A DNA stretch of 64,000 nt from Schizochytrium sp. TIO01 (Eukaryota > Protista > Bigyra: Labyrinthulomycetes), in NCBI GenBank assembly GCA_004764695.1, contig SMSO01000004.1, positions 620,001 to 684,000 of the forward strand, given 5' to 3'. Positions 27,030 to 38,898 of the stretch are shown piece by piece. The notes under the pieces were generated by a model that saw only the letters and a list, made by a program, of their open reading frames with translations, was not told where the DNA came from and did no database searches. Every line of letters begins with the position of its first letter. Positions within the stretch are counted from its first letter, which is position 1. The position numbers and the translations under genes were made by a program.

Positions 27030-28590
27030 CGAGGCGAGTGGATGCAACTCGGGTAACTATAGACACAAGGACACCGGGAGTAGGATCTCACGCAGAGGAC
27101 AACAAAACAAAGCCCAGAAAGGGATAAGTTGAGAGGGTAGTGGAAGGAGCGGAAGCAGCAGGCCAGACCACAACCACGATGAAAGATCAAGCTATATATC
27201 GTTTGCGAGTTGAGTTGAATGATAAGTTAGGTAGTTGGCTGATAGATAGACAGATAGATACTAGGTAGGCCTGGCTGAGGTACCTAGTTATCTTTTTACT
27301 TTATTTTACTTTTTCTTCTAAAAAAAACATTATTCCTATTCACCGGTAAATAGTCATACGGTGATGAGCTCTAATACTTCTACTGATATCAATAGTTCGT
27401 CTCTAGGGTTCGCATAGCAGCACAACTCCTTTTTTCCCATGGTAGAGAATCCCTCTCTATGGATGCTGAGCGATGCTTTATTTGCAAGAGTTTGAGGTTC
27501 ATAGCAAGGTTTCTTATGTTCTGAGGATTTCATCGTGGTTAACTATGTTTAAGATTATAGCTGTAATTAGTTTACCCATCCCCAGCAAGCAACCATGGGC
27601 TTGTAGCCTGAAAGCTATGATGCTACTCCTAACAGTTTGTCGAGTGCTTGAAATATATAGATAGTATTCTTCAAAGTGTAGTAAAAGGCCTATGCATCAG
27701 GAACAGCAATGCACTGGTTTAATTCGGGTCACTATAGAAACGCAACTTTAACAGAAACAAAGGTGTTTTCCTGAAGTCACTGAGAAAATATAATTTGCTA
27801 GAGCCTATTCAACTTGAAACTTTGTCGCCCCTTTACTCCTATTGTTAGGGTAGTTTTAAATTTCTTCGTACTGATAAGGAGAGATTATCGAGATATTATC
27901 GTAAATCGGTAATATCTGCCATCTTTCATCTTGGCACTTTCAAAGGACATTTCTTTTTCATGCGAATAATGTATGTTTGGTATTGAAAATTATCTTTGAC
28001 TTTGTAATTCCCCGAGTTCTGGGAAATGTCCTTCCTTAGACCACCATATTCGCCCTGAGTCGTATCATATCACGCTCAAGGACCTGGTTAAGTCTCATTA
28101 AAAATCTGATTTTCAGAAAACGCATCGCCTCAAGGGCGTGTAAGAGAACTACAATTCTTGCAGATAGTGTAAAGTCTCGTTGTTGAAGGCTCTTTCTGTG
28201 ACGTATGGAGCCGTATAGATGTGGACACCCCCAAAGAAGTATGGAGTGAAAGAATTCATATGATTTTTCACGTCAGCAGGAGGATGTGATGTAGGTTCGA
28301 GGGCTTTTAACCTGCCTTGTTACAATCGACCAATACATTGCAGTTGACAAGTTGACTAATTTCTGCTGGGCTAAATTTCCCCCACGACTATTCATGTAAG
28401 AAACCCAGATCCAGCGACAAGTTATCAACCTTTACTGAGATCCAGTTCTTATTCATTATTCCCAGCTGCACTCGTCAAAGGTAGCTTGACGACGATTGTT
28501 AGCATCTCGCGGTCGTATGTCTCCGCTCTCCAGCTAGGTGCCTACACCCGCTCGCAGGCCTCCCTCCTATCTACCACAACCCCTTAGTAG

Positions 28591-28670
28591 CATGGCTTGG
28601 CATAGCATGGCATAGCATAGCATAGCTTGGCATAGCATAGCACAGCATAGCTTGGCATAGCATGGCATTG
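28591..28670. repeat. Degenerate (GCATA/GCATG/GCTTG)n pentamer repeat
   Basis: About 16 pentamer units seen directly. Confidence 0.85.
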
Positions 28671-29330
28671 CTCTCACTTGGATCAGGTATTATCATGAAT
28701 TTAATCAACAAAATGGTAAAAAAGGTTCTCTGTGCTTATTGTAACATGACGAAGGAAGTCGATGAGGATGGTCTCTCTCTGTCTGTCAGTCTCTCCAACG
28801 CCACATCCCATCCATCTCGGTGCCTCCATGCTAGGTAGAGGCCGCCTGCCACTCCTCCGCGAACACACGATCCCTCCTTTGCAGCAGCGCCAAACAGACC
28901 GCGGTGACTCATCGCATCGCTGTCGAACATAGAAATAAACAAAGAAACAAAGAAAGAAACAGTGATTGATTGCTCCAAAGAACTAATCACGGTTCTCCTA
29001 AAATTCGATTGATTTCCTCAACTCAATTGCATGCACGTACTGCCTAGCGTGGCCTTAGGAGGCGGCTAGCAGGCTGCTACGGTGCCTATTTTTAGTCAAC
29101 GAACTGTGACCGATGGACTTTGGTTTGGGAGAGAGACAGAATCATCCTCCACAGCGCATGGAATGATGGAGGTCGCTTGAAGAATCCACGAGCTCATTGA
29201 GGCAGAGGCGTGGAGGCGCTGGCCAGACGTGCTGCTATTTTAATTAAGGTTGGACAAGCAGAAGCACTGTGTTGGAGATGGCCAGCTGATTTGAGGTTAG
29301 GCGTACTGCATTAGTCAATGGTCATTCACC

Positions 29331-29462
29331 ATAATAATAACAACAATAATAACAATAATAATAACAATAATAATGACAATAATAATAACAATAATAATAA
29401 CAATAATAATAACAATAATAATAACAATAGTAATAATAATAAGAAGAAGAAGAGTAAGAAGA
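29331..29462. repeat. (AAT/AAC)n then (AAG)n trinucleotide microsatellite
   Basis: Seen directly. Confidence 0.93.
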
Positions 29463-30103
29463 ATACGAAGTCGCAAGATATTCTGTTTTCGATTCGATAG
29501 ATAGACACAGGTAGTAGGGGTCGCTTAGGCGTTACTGTAGGAGGGGAGCAATTCGATTGTAAGAAAGAATGAAAGAACGAAAGAAAGAAAGAGAGAGAAG
29601 GAGAAGAGAAGAGCAGGGAAGAGCAAAGCAGAGACGCAGCGCGAACGGTACGCGTGTGAAGCGCGTATCTTGAGGAGCTGGCGCCAGGGTCACTTTGGGT
29701 GACTCGAGGGAGCCGCGCGTGGGCGCAGATACTGCTTGCAGCTGGTCTTTGTGCGCCGCCTTCTCGTGAAGAGCGCGGCGGTTGGCAACGAGCCGACATC
29801 CGCCACGTGGCTAGCGACCTGCTAGCGCGGAGTAGAGTCCTGCGGGTCTTTCCAGGATCGCAGTAGAGCGAGGGAAGAGAGTCACTCGAATAAATACAAA
29901 GTCATATCCCAGGCCAGGACAAGCTGCTTTATTCGCAGGCCTTGCTTTTTACTTTCATCTACTACACCTAGAAACCCGTTCATTACATTTTCGCCAACTC
30001 GATCACTTGAGGACCGAATTGAAGATTGACCTTTGATAGCTGCACTTTAGTTGATTAAAGGAAGCACCAACAGCAGTAATAACAATACACCAAGACTGAA
30101 AAG

Positions 30104-33100
30104 ATGCCTCTTCGATTGGAAATTAAGAAGTTACTCTCGTCGCGGTCTGACCGCGTCAAGAGCTGTGACTTGCACCCTGACGAGCCGTGGGTGCTCTCAG
30201 CGCTGTACAATGGTCACTTGTTTATCTGGAACTACAACACGCAGACTGTGGTCAAGAGCTTCGAGGCAGCTGATCAACCAATTCGCTGTGCTAAGTTTAT
30301 CGTGCGGAAGCAGTGGATCGTCTGCGGCTCCGATGACATGATGATCCGCATCTTCAACTTTAACACTCTCGAAAAGGTTCGCGAGTTTGAGGCACACTTG
30401 GATTACATTCGCTACATTGATGTCCACCCCACACAGCCGTACATTATCTCCAGCTCAGATGACATGCAGATTAAGCTTTGGGACTGGGAAAAGGGTTGGG
30501 CCAACACCCAGGTCTTTGAAGGCCACGCACATTACGTCATGCAGGTTAAATTCAACCCCAAGGACAGTAACACCTTTGCATCCGCATCTCTGGATAAGAG
30601 TGTCAAGGTTTGGAGCATCGGCTCTCCCTTGCCTAACTATTCTCTTGAGGGCCACGAGCGCGGCGTAAACTGCATTGACTACTACCTTGGCGGCGACAAG
30701 CCCTACCTTGTGTCCGGTGCTGATGACAAATGCGTCAAGATCTGGGACTATCAAACCAAGAGCTGTGTGCAAACACTTGAGGGCCACACCAGCAACGTTA
30801 GTGCTGTCTGCTTTCACCCAAAGCTGCCCATCATCCTTTCCGGCAGTGAGGATGGCACCATCCGCATTTGGCATGGCACCACCAACCGCCTTGAGACCAC
30901 CCTCAATTACGGTCTCGAGCGCTGCTGGACGCTCGCTGTGACGCCCACCTCGAACAAGGTGGCTGTTGGTTACGATGAGGGTACTATCGTCATCACGCTT
31001 GGTCAAGAAATGCCTGTAGTTTCTATTGACCTCAACGGCAAGGTCCTTATGGCAAACAACAATGACATCGTTTCGTGCTCCATGCGCGGCGTCAGTACCT
31101 CAGGATCTGGTGACGGTGACGCTGTGGATTTCCAGACTAAGGACCTAGGATCCTGCGAAATCTTCCCGCAGAAGATCATGCACAACAACAACGGCCGCTT
31201 TGTCGCCGTATGTGGTGATGGAGAGTACATTATCTACACAGCTCAAGCGCTGCGTAACAAGAGCTTTGGCTCTGGTCTGGACTTTTGCTGGTCTTCCGAT
31301 GGAACTGGCGACTACGCCGTGCGTGAGAGCTCCTCGCGTGTCCGCATCTTCAAGAACTTCAAGGAGACTCAGGTATTCAAGCCTCCCTTCTCTGCCGAGG
31401 GTCTCTACGGCGGCAACCTTATCGCTATCGCCGGCAATGAGTTCGTAGTTTTCTACGATTGGGTAGAGTGCCGTCTGGTGATGCGCATTGACGTGGCCCC
31501 TCTCGCTGTCTACTGGTCCACGGACGGCGAGCAGGTTGTCCTTGCTTGTGAGGAGTCCTACTTTGTACTCAGCTGCAACCAGGCTGCAATTGCTGATGCT
31601 TTTGAGACTGGTACCGCTAGTGCCGAGGACGGCGTTGAGGGTGCCTTTGAGCTCCTCCACGAAATTCCTGAGAAGGTCGAGTCTGGTCAATGGGTCGGTG
31701 GCTGCTTCCTGTACACGAATGCTTCTAGCCGCCTTAACTACTACGTCGGCGGTGAGGTCATGACGCTCTCGCACCTCGACCGCAAGATGTACCTTATGGG
31801 ATTCGTGGCACGCGAGAACCGCGTATTCCTCATTGACAAGTCCCGCGTCATCGTGTCATACACGCTCCTGGAGACCGTTTTGCAATACCAGACAGCAGTG
31901 GTGCGGCGAGACTTTGACACCGCTAATATGCTGCTTGAGAATATTTCCGAGGACAAATACAACGACATTGCACGGTTTCTTGACTCTCAGGGTTTCAAGG
32001 ATGTTGCGCTGCAGGTAGCTCGCGATGCAGACCTCAAACTTGACCTTGCAATTGAGCTGCAGCAGCTGGAAACGGCACTGAAGATCATGCGCGACGACAT
32101 CATTCCGAGCGGAATGGCTAACGATGTAGAAACTCAAGCACGCTGGAAACAGCTCGGAGACCTCGCGCTCTCTCGAGGTAACCTCAAGCTTGCAGAGCAG
32201 TGTGCACTCAGCGCTGATGATTTTAGCGGCCTCTTGCTTATGTACTCGTCTTCAGGAAACCTCACTGGCATCACTGATCTCCTCCAGAGCGCAGAAAAGG
32301 CGGGACGTTCTAACATCGCATTTCTTTGCAGTCTCCTTCTTGGAGACACCAAGAGGTGTATCGCAATCCTCTCCGACGCGAGCAGGACTGCAGAAGCAGC
32401 CTTCTTTGCACGCACATTCGCACCATCTGCCGTCGCGGATTGCGTAGCAGCCTGGAAAGACGACCTCAAGCAGGTCAATCCCCGTGCAGCACAGGCACTC
32501 GCAAACCCTCAGGAGCACCCAGATCTTTTCCAGAATTTTGGCACAGCTATTGACGTAGAGGGAGCCGTGAAGCAGCTCCGAGAAGGCAAGGTTGCTCCTG
32601 CATATGCCTTTCCCGAAATGGCGGGTCACGCAGACCTAGAACTTGTCGCTGCAGTCGAGGAACACGGAATGGGCGTGCTTCAGAACATTCTTGGTCCCTA
32701 CGCAGGTGGGGCAAAGGTCTCATTGCCGCCACAAACCTCCTCGCCGATTGCGGAGTCTACTGAAGCTCCAGTACCGCCTGTGGACGAGGCAGAAGATCTT
32801 TTGGATTTGGGCAATGAGGAGGCCGACAACTCATTAAGTTTTGAACGTCAGGAAGAGGACGATGGCGCGGAGGATCTTGCAAAGGCTCAAGCGGAGCAAG
32901 AAGCCGAGTTGCTGCGCCAGCAACAAGAGGCCGAGTTGCTGCGCCAGCAACAAGAGGCCGAGTTGATGCGCCAGCAACAAGAGGCTCAAGAGTTCCTGCG
33001 CCAGGAGGCTGAACTTCGTCGCCAGCAGCAAGAAGAGGCTAAGGAGTTGAACGTCGTCGCCAGCAGCAACAAGAGGCCGAGTTGATGCGCCAGCAACAAG

Positions 33101-33346
33101 AGGCTCAAGAGGCTGAGGAGGCTGAACTTCGTCGCCAGCAGCAAGAAGCATCCCTTGCCGCAGCTGCCGAGGCAGAAAATCTTGTTGCTACCGCTGATGA
33201 TGATGAAATTCAGTTTGATGACGATGACGAGAATAACCTTGAGGCTGATCTTGACCGTGAGCTTGCAGAGGAGACTGGAGCTGATGATTTGGGCCAGTGG
33301 AGATGCCGAGCTCGGTGACGACGATGAGTTCGAAGACTGGTCATAA
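30104..33346 (+). CDS. COPB2: Coatomer subunit beta' (COPI); tail interrupted by two compensating 1-nt indels
   Basis: Canonical N-terminus MPLRLEIKKLLSSRSDRVKSCDLHPDEPW, WD40 repeats, ALRNKSFG and solenoid region. The EAELLRQQQ repeat continues in another frame after ~33050, and the acidic tail returns to the original frame after ~33292, ending GDDDEFEDWS* at 33346. Confidence 0.96.
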
Positions 33347-35058
33347 GCGAGCAAGCGAGCTGTCCATAAAGAGAGAAAGATTCACTGTCTTGTTCCTGCC
33401 TTTCCTATCCTTTCTACAAGTTCAGTGCTTAGCTTTTTTGCACAGGCTTCCTTGCTCGCATTTGCTCGCATGAGATCTTGTGGAATACATCTTCTCATTT
33501 CCCTTTCACCGACATGAATAGAAACACCACCTTCAACCTTCAAACAAATTATTTTACAAATTGCAAAATGTTTGTGTATATGCACTCATACTCTTGAAAT
33601 TTATGCATGCCTTATTAGTGTTCAGACCTATTTAGTTCGCAGATAAGGGTGCTAAACGTTTATTTTTTAAAAATGAATATTGCAAACAAGTCAACTTTTT
33701 TGAGGTTGGGACATTCCCTTTAAGTTCTAAAAAAGAAAGGTAGACTTCAGAACATAGTTAGTTTTAACATCATGTGCATATTTTTGCTTGTTAAAGCACG
33801 AAAGACAGCAAAGCTTAAATAAATCAGTGCATATATCTTAAATTCACGCAAATGCGTTTGAAGATATGAAGGAATGCAACTCGCGAGCTAGTAACAGCTC
33901 CAATATAAAAGAACAACTCTGCTCAGGTTCTACCTGTCTCGAGGCGAGTATCTAATTCTCATAATTGGCGAAGTTGAAGGGGCGTAAATCTTCCTTTAGC
34001 CGTGTGTTATGCATCGAGTTACCTCTGCTCGTATTAGCAGACTTCCACATTGGCCATCACCGTACTTTTGTTTTCTAATTATCCTTAGTACTCTTAGCAC
34101 GCATTATTTTTAGAAAAACTTGAAAAATGCTTTTCCAGTAACTTTTAATTATACATAAATAAATAAATAAAAACCTGGCCAGACTGTCAGAATCAAATTG
34201 ATGTTCAACCAAGATATATACCAAGTCTTTGAAATAATTCCTACAAGCGGTAGTACACAAATGAAGTACTCCTCTGGAGTATTTAGCTCATCTAGACCTC
34301 CGAAGGACATGAGCTTGAATATTCAAATCTAAATTGGGACAAAGCTTGTCGAAATTTATCTATAATAGTACTAGTTTCATTTTAGAAAGTATCTAATCGT
34401 AATAATACTCCTATTGATAACTATATGTGGTGCTACTAACATTAGAAAAATAAAGATAAAGAAAGGTGACTAATTAAACAAACTGCATAAGGAATACTGA
34501 TAAGCTGATTGATAGAACAGCTATACTGAAGAGACGGCAAAGACCCAAGCAGTGAGCGAGATCGCCTTGCCACTGCCAGCTCGCCTTTCCTTTCCCTTCC
34601 ACACCCGTGCCCTCGGGCACCGGAAGTGTCGTGGGATAGACTGGACAGTCTGTCCAAAGCCCCTTCTCCTACCGCAAGTGCTGCTCAACTAGGTACTTGA
34701 GAGAGAGGAAAGGGCGATTGTGCTCCGCACGCTCACACATACTATCTCCAGCAAGCACGCAAAGGAAGGCTTGAGTCAGCTTTCGATAGTCGTTTACGGC
34801 CATTAATACATTATAAGGCTGCCCGTTCGCAGAGTATCTCTTTGGAGTGATACTCAGCATTGAAGCATACATTCGTACATAAATTGGTTCATATTCTGCA
34901 GCATCATCGATCAAATTGATTTATTTCCGTGGAAATCGTTTAGTGCTACGGATTCGACCCTAGCCTTTACAATAAATTGTCAAACTAGAGGGGCCAAAGG
35001 ATTTCTGAACTCCTAGATTTTCGATAACTACATCAGATTAAACCAGATTCAAGCGGAA

Positions 35059-38000
35059 ATGCCCTCTACCACCTCAGCTGGCTCCGAGGGACTGGCCGTC
35101 ACATCTAGTAACAACCATGCTGTATCTAGCTCTTCCTCATCCTCAAGCAGACCCTCGACTGGTATTTCCATGGTGCTCGATCGTGCTGATCTTGAGGTTT
35201 ACTTAGACCCGTCATTCGATGCTCTAGAGTACTCCCGCAAGCTCGTAGATTTAGGCTCGAGGAACTCCAGCGGTGAACCCGGGAGCTCCAAGCAGCAGCA
35301 AAGTAGCAGCGCGAATGGTCATAGCAGTAATCTTAGCAGCAGCAGCAGCAGCAGCAGTGGTCACCGCAGTCCCAGTAACCCAAGCAGCGGCAGAAGTAGC
35401 GCAGAAGAATGTCTTTTGAAGCTGCAAAGACAACGCGCGAGCGTAGAGAGCGCGTTATCGGCGCATGTGGCAGAACACAATGACGAGCTCATGACAAGAC
35501 TCGCAGGCACTGAAGCTTTGAGAGCATCTGCTCTGATGAACCGAGAGCATGCTTCTGCTCTTTCGGCATCAGTCGGAAGGCTGACTCGGGATGTGTCGGA
35601 GCCTTTCAAGGCTATGAAGCGCGATGCCGCAAAACTTCGCAAGCTTCAGAGCGCCTGCCGCATCCTGGATCGCACAAGACGATTTCTGGCAGAGGTTAAT
35701 AAACTTAAGGTGCAATTACTTCACGAGAATGCTAGGCGGAAAGACCCTGCTCAGCTTGCTCGCGGGGACCTTAAATTGCCCGCATCTGGCCGAGAGCTCG
35801 CCAAGGCCGCGCAAATGCTACATGAGATTGAGTATCTTTTGGAGAGCGGCGACTTGCAAGGTCTGGACTATATTGACCGCGAGAGAACTTGGCTTGTGCT
35901 GGCTAGTAAGGGGTTGAGGGCTCGTACAGAAGCTGTGCTCAACAAGGCCATCGCAGAGCTCAATCAAGTCGAAGCCGCCGCAGCACTTCAAGCATTCTTT
36001 AACCTCGGCATCCTACCCTCCAGGGTCGAAGCTGCCGTTGACTGGGTTGTCTCAAAGGTTGCGGAGGAAACCCGCGACGCGCTTGACGCTCACATGCTGA
36101 GTGACGCAGTTGAGACACTCCGCGAGCAGAAGAATTCCCTTAAAGCTGCCAAAACTCAGGCGTCCCAGTCGCAATCTCAACAGCAGCAGCAGCAACAGCA
36201 GCAGCAGCAGAAACCGAAATCCCGAACTGCGAAGGCGTCAAGTCGTATCAAACCGCCTGCAGGCGAGGAGGGCGAATGGCGAGAAGCACTCTGGGAGAGG
36301 GTCAAGGCTCAAGAAACTAGTATCAGAACGTGGTCCCTGCGAGTGTGGAACTTGCAACGTGTGCTTGCCAAGAAACGTGACCCTGTGACACATATTTGTT
36401 TTGCAGATCAAGTTCTTCATGCGTCCCAGCAAAGGAACGCACAACAAAATAATCTTAATGGTACAGCGAACGGCAACGCCAGTGCCTCCGCAGCTTCACA
36501 GGCCCAACAGAACAGCGATACTCAAGGGCAGGACCAGCAGCAACTTTCATCCCCATCAGGCATTCACAAACGTCGTCATCGTCCTGAAACTGTTTATGAG
36601 AGATACTGGCGTCTTATGACTCAAGCTGTACACGGAGAGATCGAGAAGGCCTCTCGCATGTATCCATTCGTACGCAACGAGCTTGGCGTCCAGCGCTACC
36701 CCAAGCTGCGAGCTATGTTCCGTGCTCTGCCCGGACGGCTTGCTCAACGCACTGCTGGAAAGTCTGTAGCTAGTGTTGGGGGAAGTAATGAGGAGGTATT
36801 GGCTATCCTTCGCGCTTTGCAACCTCTTCTTGAATGGTTTCTGGCTCAGTCTCTTCGTCGTCTTAATCAACCGGTAGATCTCATGTTCCCGGAAGTGGAG
36901 TCAGCACGAGCACTTGCCGCAAAGCAGAACTTGCTACCTACACGTAACGATGTCCTTACCTTTGCAGCAACCATATCTAACGAGCTTGCCGCGGCGCACA
37001 ATGATGTCGATCTAAGCAGTGCTATCGGAAAGGGCGCTAGTAGTGCTGTAAGCCTTTTTGCCACGAAGGCGGAGCATATTGTTGTCCACGATCCTGATGC
37101 CTATATTTTCCCTGGTGGAGCTTCATCAGCTGTCAATGACGGTGCATCGTCGGACTCTGAAAGCTCTGATAGCAGCGAAGATGAGTCAGATGCAAGTTCA
37201 TTTGTTGGTAGTGAGCGAACTGCAGCACAACAACACAATGTCTCAGTACTTTCCCTTGTGCTCAAACTTGAAGCCCTTGTAGCTGATATGCCTGAGAAAA
37301 CCACACCAGCCAAAGTGGAATCCCGCGACGCTATTGTGCGTGCCAAATCTCTAGCTCTGCGCCCTGCTCGTGAACGCCTTCACCAAGTTGTCGAATCAAT
37401 TGCAGGTGAGTACTTGGCTGGGGCTGCCCGTTCTTTGAATCATGTTCTTGCCAAGATTCATCAGGAGGACTTTTGCCGCGGGTCCGAGGCAGAAATGGAG
37501 TCCGACTCGCCGTATCTCACTACGTTTGAAAATGCTGTCGCTTCTTTGCGAAAGGAACACCTAGAAAAGCTTCCAGTGGAGTATATAGTAATCACGCAAA
37601 TGTGTCAGGCTTTACAGGCACGAGTGGTCTCAATGTTTACTCGTCATGTTTCGATGGTTCGCCCACTCGATTCTAATGGGCGTCTGAGACTTGTGCGCGA
37701 TTTAGCCCAGTTTGAGCTGGCTGTAGCTCCTCTTGCTATTTCATCTAGCGCGAAACTTTCAGAGATTGGTGACCCCTATGTTGAATTGCGAGGTATGCGC
37801 GAACTCCTTTTCGTGGGAAGTGCTGATGAAAGGAATACTAGTTCCTCTCGAAAACATGCTGCTGTGGATTCGGATGGCGAGAGCGTGCTGACGCCCGAAA
37901 CAGTGGAGCTCTCCCCGGTTGACCGTACTGTGCAGGCACTGACGACATTGTCTCCACGAGTGCGTTTCTCTACGTTAGCACATAGTATTTTTGCTGATGC

Positions 38001-38346
38001 TCCTCCCGAACTCCGGTCTTTGTCAAGTTTTGCAAAACACCCAAATTCTAATGCAAACTCTTCTTCAAACGTACTAACAGATGAGCTTTCCTATAGCGAT
38101 GCTTTGGATACTCTTGAGTTGGAACAAGACAAGGCTGCCGCAAGTACAGATCTGGGCGGACTAGCATATCTTCGAGTGGGCACACATTTAGTGGAGCCTC
38201 GACGCGTGAAGGAGTATATCCAGGAGCAAATTGCTCTTGTCATGGACAAATATATGCAGTTACTGAGTGCTCAAAGTAATGACGGACAGATTCAGGCTTG
38301 TCCTCATTATAAAATTTTAGAGAAAACATTTGCCCAATCAAATTAG
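35059..38346 (+). CDS. COG5: Conserved oligomeric Golgi complex subunit 5
   Basis: N-terminal YLDPSFDALEY followed by a coiled coil; ALQAFFNLG, VWNLQRVLAKKRDPVTH, YPKLR and FTRHVSMVRPLDSNGRLRLVRDLAQFELAV all match COG5 family patterns; Ser/Gln low-complexity inserts. Confidence 0.88.
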   Translation: MPSTTSAGSEGLAVTSSNNHAVSSSSSSSSRPSTGISMVLDRADLEVYLDPSFDALEYSRKLVDLGSRNSSGEPGSSKQQQSSSANGHSSNLSSSSSSSSGHRSPSNPSSGRSSAEECLLKLQRQRASVESALSAHVAEHNDELMTRLAGTEALRASALMNREHASALSASVGRLTRDVSEPFKAMKRDAAKLRKLQSACRILDRTRRFLAEVNKLKVQLLHENARRKDPAQLARGDLKLPASGRELAKAAQMLHEIEYLLESGDLQGLDYIDRERTWLVLASKGLRARTEAVLNKAIAELNQVEAAAALQAFFNLGILPSRVEAAVDWVVSKVAEETRDALDAHMLSDAVETLREQKNSLKAAKTQASQSQSQQQQQQQQQQQKPKSRTAKASSRIKPPAGEEGEWREALWERVKAQETSIRTWSLRVWNLQRVLAKKRDPVTHICFADQVLHASQQRNAQQNNLNGTANGNASASAASQAQQNSDTQGQDQQQLSSPSGIHKRRHRPETVYERYWRLMTQAVHGEIEKASRMYPFVRNELGVQRYPKLRAMFRALPGRLAQRTAGKSVASVGGSNEEVLAILRALQPLLEWFLAQSLRRLNQPVDLMFPEVESARALAAKQNLLPTRNDVLTFAATISNELAAAHNDVDLSSAIGKGASSAVSLFATKAEHIVVHDPDAYIFPGGASSAVNDGASSDSESSDSSEDESDASSFVGSERTAAQQHNVSVLSLVLKLEALVADMPEKTTPAKVESRDAIVRAKSLALRPARERLHQVVESIAGEYLAGAARSLNHVLAKIHQEDFCRGSEAEMESDSPYLTTFENAVASLRKEHLEKLPVEYIVITQMCQALQARVVSMFTRHVSMVRPLDSNGRLRLVRDLAQFELAVAPLAISSSAKLSEIGDPYVELRGMRELLFVGSADERNTSSSRKHAAVDSDGESVLTPETVELSPVDRTVQALTTLSPRVRFSTLAHSIFADAPPELRSLSSFAKHPNSNANSSSNVLTDELSYSDALDTLELEQDKAAASTDLGGLAYLRVGTHLVEPRRVKEYIQEQIALVMDKYMQLLSAQSNDGQIQACPHYKILEKTFAQSN

Positions 38347-38898
38347 TTGATTGAAAAGGGTTCTAATTTCCATGATAGGTTGCTGTTCTCTCTTTACAAC
38401 TGTTGACCTACCTTTAAAAACATTAAAAAAGAAAAGAAAAAGAAAACCAAAATTATTTTCAGGATATTGCTCTTGATCTGTATTCTTTTCACTTTTCTTC
38501 AAGCATCATCCAAATAGTTAAATAAACAATTGGTAATCTATGAATTCCTACTGTAGTTTTTTAAAGTGGCCCTCTGAGCATAGGCAACACTATTAAAGCT
38601 ACACTAAATTTCTACATTTAAGAGAGGCTAGACAAGATTGCTGATTGTATAGGCGCACAGTTCATTGCATGACAATACTTGTAATGAGGTTAGTAAGTTC
38701 AACGAATTCCAACTTTCCTAAACATGACGACGGCTAACACGAACATCGTCCGCTTTCAAACTCAGTCTTGAAGTGTATAGAGGTAAAAAGTGCCTTTGGG
38801 CAAGCAAAACAAAAAACGAAGACCTCAACTGAAATACATAAACTAGGAAGTACAGAAACCCAAAGGAGCTGTGAAACCTGTGCATTGTGAGACGTGAT

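Noticed and set aside
33040-33090. Programmed ribosomal frameshift in beta'-COP
   Set aside because: No X XXY YYZ slippery site or shift-prone stop context; a second compensating indel and similar indels elsewhere point to sequencing error.
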